Assembly: GCA_904063045.1 (NCBI GenBank)
Contig: CAJFCJ010000027.1
Coordinates: 186,001 to 250,000, forward strand
Origin: Dimorphilus gyrociliatus
Taxonomy: Eukaryota > Animalia > Annelida
Length of the DNA: 64,000 nt
Direction: 5' to 3'
The notes under the pieces were generated by a model. It ran no database searches. It saw nothing but the letters and a program-made list of their open reading frames with translations, and had not been told where the DNA came from. The translations under genes were made by a program, and so were the position numbers. Below, piece by piece: positions 62,636 through 64,000 of this stretch; position 1 is the stretch's first letter, and each line of letters begins with the position of its first letter.

Positions 62636-63917
62636 CTGTTAAAAATTCATATATTTTAGTAGAAATATTAAAGAAGTAGTATGTTTTCTTTGGGTTTAAA
62701 AAGTTAAAAATAAAAGATGTAAGATAAAAAATGACAAAAAAAGAAAAAAGTTGGTATAAAAAGGTATTACAGATTAGAGAAAGATTAATCTGATTATTAA
62801 AAAGCGTTCGAAGAGATTTTTTTTAAAGCATATCTAAGTAGTTTGTCGTAGGATGACAAACAACTCAAAAGCGAAAGTATTATCTAAATCAGATCAGACG
62901 ATATAAGATGCTTGGGTGGTTTCGGTCGAGTACTTTAGCAATCTGCTTCAATTACATTAGATTATACGGACTCGTCGCTAGACACCAGCAAAACCAAAAA
63001 AGATTGTATTTCCCTTATTTTTTTGTTTGTATCCTCCCGGCCCAGGAGATTGTCACTAATGGACTAAAGTGTAACAATTGGAAGTCGACCAACTTTTGAA
63101 TTATTGTCTAAATGATTATAGTGAATTGGGTAGAGTTGATTCTAGGAATTATAAAATAGCTTCGGCTAGTCTGACAAACAAAATAAGAAACAGACGAAGA
63201 AAGAGAAGAAGGAACGATAAGAAATAAAAGCATTGTTAAAAAACCGTCCGGCTAATGCGACGCGCCTCGCTAACCGTCCTTTGGGGGCTAGCAATTTCTC
63301 TTAATTATTATGAATGTGTATAGTTTGTCAGTTGATGAGCCCGAAAGAATGAGACAGAATGAAATAGGTATAATAGTTTTAGTCTATCCTTTATGTACAT
63401 TCAAAATATTCCATAGTATATTGATTTAAGTAAATAACTAGATTATATAAGACGAACGGAAACTACGCTGGTCTGTTAGGGGTGGGATTGAAAAATTTAT
63501 GGACAAACTCGTTCAATATTTACACATAATTGCTAGACTTAGATAGTTTTCCATTACTACTGTATGACTGTATGACGTAACTAAATTTAGATAATATTTT
63601 TCCGTATTACGCTGGAAAGCAGAGTGATTAATCCTTTTTTAGCTTCTCTCTCTCTCTCTCACTCTTCCTCTCTGCCGTTCTTTTTTTTAATCGATTAAAT
63701 CTAATAAAATCGAAATAAAATAGTATACAAACAAATGATCGAACGAGAAATTCGTTACATGAAAACCGGAAGTAGAAAATATGCAAAGAATACTATACCA
63801 CAATGGTACAGTGACAGGAACTACATTAGTATTATATTCTAAGAAAGCTTATCCACGCGTTGTCCGAGTTTGTCATTGTTTGTATGGCGTAAAATAAAGC
63901 TAGTATAAAAAGCTTAC

Positions 63918-63966
63918 CTTTTAGCAAAACGATGGAGTATAATACGGCATTAATGCTACGTTCTAC
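63918..63966 (-). CDS. EB-module cysteine-rich protein, exon A (signal-peptide-like; start codon in an exon beyond the window)
   Basis: Acceptor ttttttctgattcaacag| and donor AAG|gtaagc flank 49 nt (phase 0 to phase 1) encoding VERSINAVLYSIVLLK. It splices in frame to exon B, giving ...AVLYSIVLLKAVA-CY, a hydrophobic core plus an AxA cleavage-like site. Confidence 0.7.
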
Positions 63967-64000
63967 CTGTTGAATCAGAAAAAATTCGCGTTTTAGTGTT

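Noticed and set aside
333-63099. Most of the short ORFs in the supplied track (YIYIYI, LSLSLS, ERERER, FFLF-rich products)
   Set aside because: They are translations of (TA)n, (GA)n and polypyrimidine tracts. Many start at TTG/GTG and none has a recognisable domain.
1-64000. A second SoxB (SoxB1) gene linked to SoxB2, as seen in several bilaterians
   Set aside because: No second HMG-box motif appears in the ORF track or in the GC-rich islands I translated. A partner could lie outside the window.
1-64000. CRISPR array, rRNA, tRNA, operons or other prokaryotic systems
   Set aside because: The DNA is eukaryotic with spliceosomal introns. I saw no regularly spaced repeat-spacer array and no rRNA- or tRNA-like sequence.

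Overview
This window is AT-rich (roughly 30% GC, estimated by eye), microsatellite-rich eukaryotic DNA from an invertebrate bilaterian; the species cannot be determined from the sequence alone. It is not prokaryotic, and I found no CRISPR array, rRNA or tRNA. Three protein-coding genes are supported. (1) An intronless SoxB2 (Sox14/Sox21-type) HMG-box gene at 11135-11992 (-) lies in a ~39 kb stretch with no other recognisable intact gene, dotted with GC-richer islands and Sox-site clusters. (2) A class A neuropeptide GPCR of the sNPF/PrRP-receptor type at 39643-40812 (+) has a single coding exon, with its ATG directly after a splice acceptor. (3) A spliced minus-strand gene, which the ORF track almost entirely misses, was rebuilt by hand from six exons (63966 to 51103). 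It encodes a signal peptide, four EB/EGF-like cysteine modules and a GPI-anchor-like tail; its start codon lies beyond the window. Two defective Tc1/mariner elements are present (29050-29708, and 34910-36027 with IR/DR ends). The least explained signals are more than 45 TACAGTA/TACTGTA motifs resembling Tc1 excision footprints, a strongly clustered TGACAAAC motif, a possible secreted-versus-GPI isoform switch in the EB gene, and a nested hairpin next to a weak splice acceptor. Most other ORFs in the track are microsatellite or low-complexity artefacts.
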